This document shows, one piece after another, positions 62,896-64,000 of a stretch of 64,000 nucleotides of DNA; position 1 is the first letter of the stretch, and every line of letters begins with the position of its first letter. Source of the DNA: an uncultured Methanoregulaceae archaeon (GTDB lineage: Archaea; Halobacteriota; Methanomicrobia; Methanomicrobiales; Methanospirillaceae); NCBI GenBank assembly GCA_963701095.1, contig OY969564.1, forward strand, positions 1,312,001-1,376,000. Direction: 5' to 3'. The notes beneath the pieces were generated by a model that saw only the letters and a program-made list of their open reading frames with translations, did no database searches and was not told the origin of the DNA. Position numbers and translations under genes: made by a program.

Positions 62896-63421
62896 GTGTC
62901 AATCATTCCTTTGCATTCGTGTTTTGGATTTTTGCTAGACACGAACTAGAGATATGAATCCGAGACTGAAGTGTTCTCACTTGCCTGTCCGGTAAGCCAA
63001 CGCGCGATCCGGTGTCATCAGGCACACATCATTTCCGCTTTTCGAGGCGGTTGTGCTTTGCCTATGAACTTGTCGGCCAGAAACCCAGAAGCACAGGAAT
63101 AGAAATATTTCCATGCTTCAACGCAGTTCTGGTATTTTTCTCGCGAAAGAAGACCCTGACATTGACGCATCCCCTGAATTCAATCAGGGGAATAGGCACG
63201 TTATCATAACGTCCACCTTTACGTCACAGTCAGATCCAACTCTGTCAGCCCGTTGTGACGGATCACAACTCCTTCTCGGGATCCTCCTCATCCATGGGGA
63301 GGTCACCAATCGGGAAATACCCACGGCAATACCATTTCCGGGGTTGTTTCGGATCTGGTTCCGCCGTTACTGTTCCTGTCTCACAGACTGAAACAGCAGG
63401 GATATCCCCATATCGGCTTCC
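62896..63421 (-). ncRNA. Candidate long structured 5' leader or ncRNA upstream of rpl3
   Basis: No credible ORF; several stem-loops; lies downstream of a TATA-like ATATATAT at about 63443-63450 on the minus strand. Confidence 0.4.
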
Positions 63422-63528
63422 GTAAATATTGATTAAAAGGACATATATATGTATGCCAGTGTTCCGGGCACTCCACCCTTACTCGCAAAAGACTACTCAC
63501 GAAGAGCATCACTAACATCGTGGGAAAC

Positions 63529-63933
63529 TTATCCGAAATAAATTTCTCCTTCGTCGGTGATATATATCTGTACATCTTCGCAGATACACCGTGCCTTATA
63601 GGACTGGGGACGTGCTTCCCTGAGCCGGTTGATCAGGGAAATTGTATCATATTTTACTTTAATTCTGGCTTTTTCGGCTTCTGCAAAGATCATACCTGGA
63701 ACCTCAAAGAGATCGGTTCCTGATGGAATCGTGCAGAGATGTGTTGCATCAAGAGTGTACAAAAATTCGAGCGTTTCTTTTGCCCGTCGGATATTTTCCA
63801 TCGCAGACTTTTCAATAGTGCACACATTCGCTTTTGAAGTGCTGATGATATCGGCAATCTGCTGTTGGGTCATTCCCTGTTTCCGGTACCGGAGTACTTC
63901 CATTTGCCTGTCGGTGAGAAGACCATCTTTCAT
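63529..63933 (-). CDS. tfx: Tfx family DNA-binding protein
   Basis: LTDRQ.EVL.YR..GMTQQQIA....TSKANV..IEK.A.ENI..A..TL. Confidence 0.85.
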   Translation of the reverse strand: MKDGLLTDRQMEVLRYRKQGMTQQQIADIISTSKANVCTIEKSAMENIRRAKETLEFLYTLDATHLCTIPSGTDLFEVPGMIFAEAEKARIKVKYDTISLINRLREARPQSYKARCICEDVQIYITDEGEIYFG

Positions 63934-64000
63934 ACTATCAATTCCATTCCAGAAACTTAAACACTTTTCGTTAACATTTCCCCCCATGCCAAAATGATAG

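Noticed and set aside
63012..63391. Plus-strand ORFs of 65 and 92 aa upstream of rpl3
   Set aside because: No recognisable motifs or RBS, and antisense to the likely leader transcript.
1..64000. CRISPR arrays, tRNA/rRNA genes, IS elements, prophage
   Set aside because: No regularly spaced repeats, cloverleaf or rRNA-like segments, transposase or integrase seen by eye; a tRNAscan/Rfam run would be needed to exclude small RNAs.

Overview
This window is core chromosome of a hydrogenotrophic methanogenic archaeon. Gene content and order (fwdF-hdrCBA-mvhD directly before mcrBDCGA, and an mtr operon carrying both mtrA and an mtrA-G fusion) point to Methanomicrobiales, probably Methanoregula-like; this is an inference without a database search. 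Left to right it holds: a MarR/ABC/S-layer-domain/RND export module; a nitrilase-agmatine deiminase fusion; redox-repair genes; a 10-gene minus-strand cluster (ftr, two Mmp11/TiaS-like paralogues, radical SAM, ThDP enzyme, aksA, aksD, aksE, Cys-rich protein, aksF); fwdG*/fwdF-hdrCBA-mvhD; mcrBDCGA; DUF169 plus a SPASM radical SAM; mtrEDCBAF(AG)H; small accessory genes; and the large r-protein/secY/adk/cmk operon, preceded by a ~520-nt ORF-free, hairpin-rich leader and tfx. I saw no tRNA, rRNA, CRISPR array or transposase. The best novelty candidate is the aks operon, whose five uncharacterised genes match the chemistry of the late coenzyme B steps that, to my knowledge, have no assigned genes. 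Eleven single-base frameshifts, several in essential genes, are almost certainly sequencing errors and cluster at CCGG/CG motifs.
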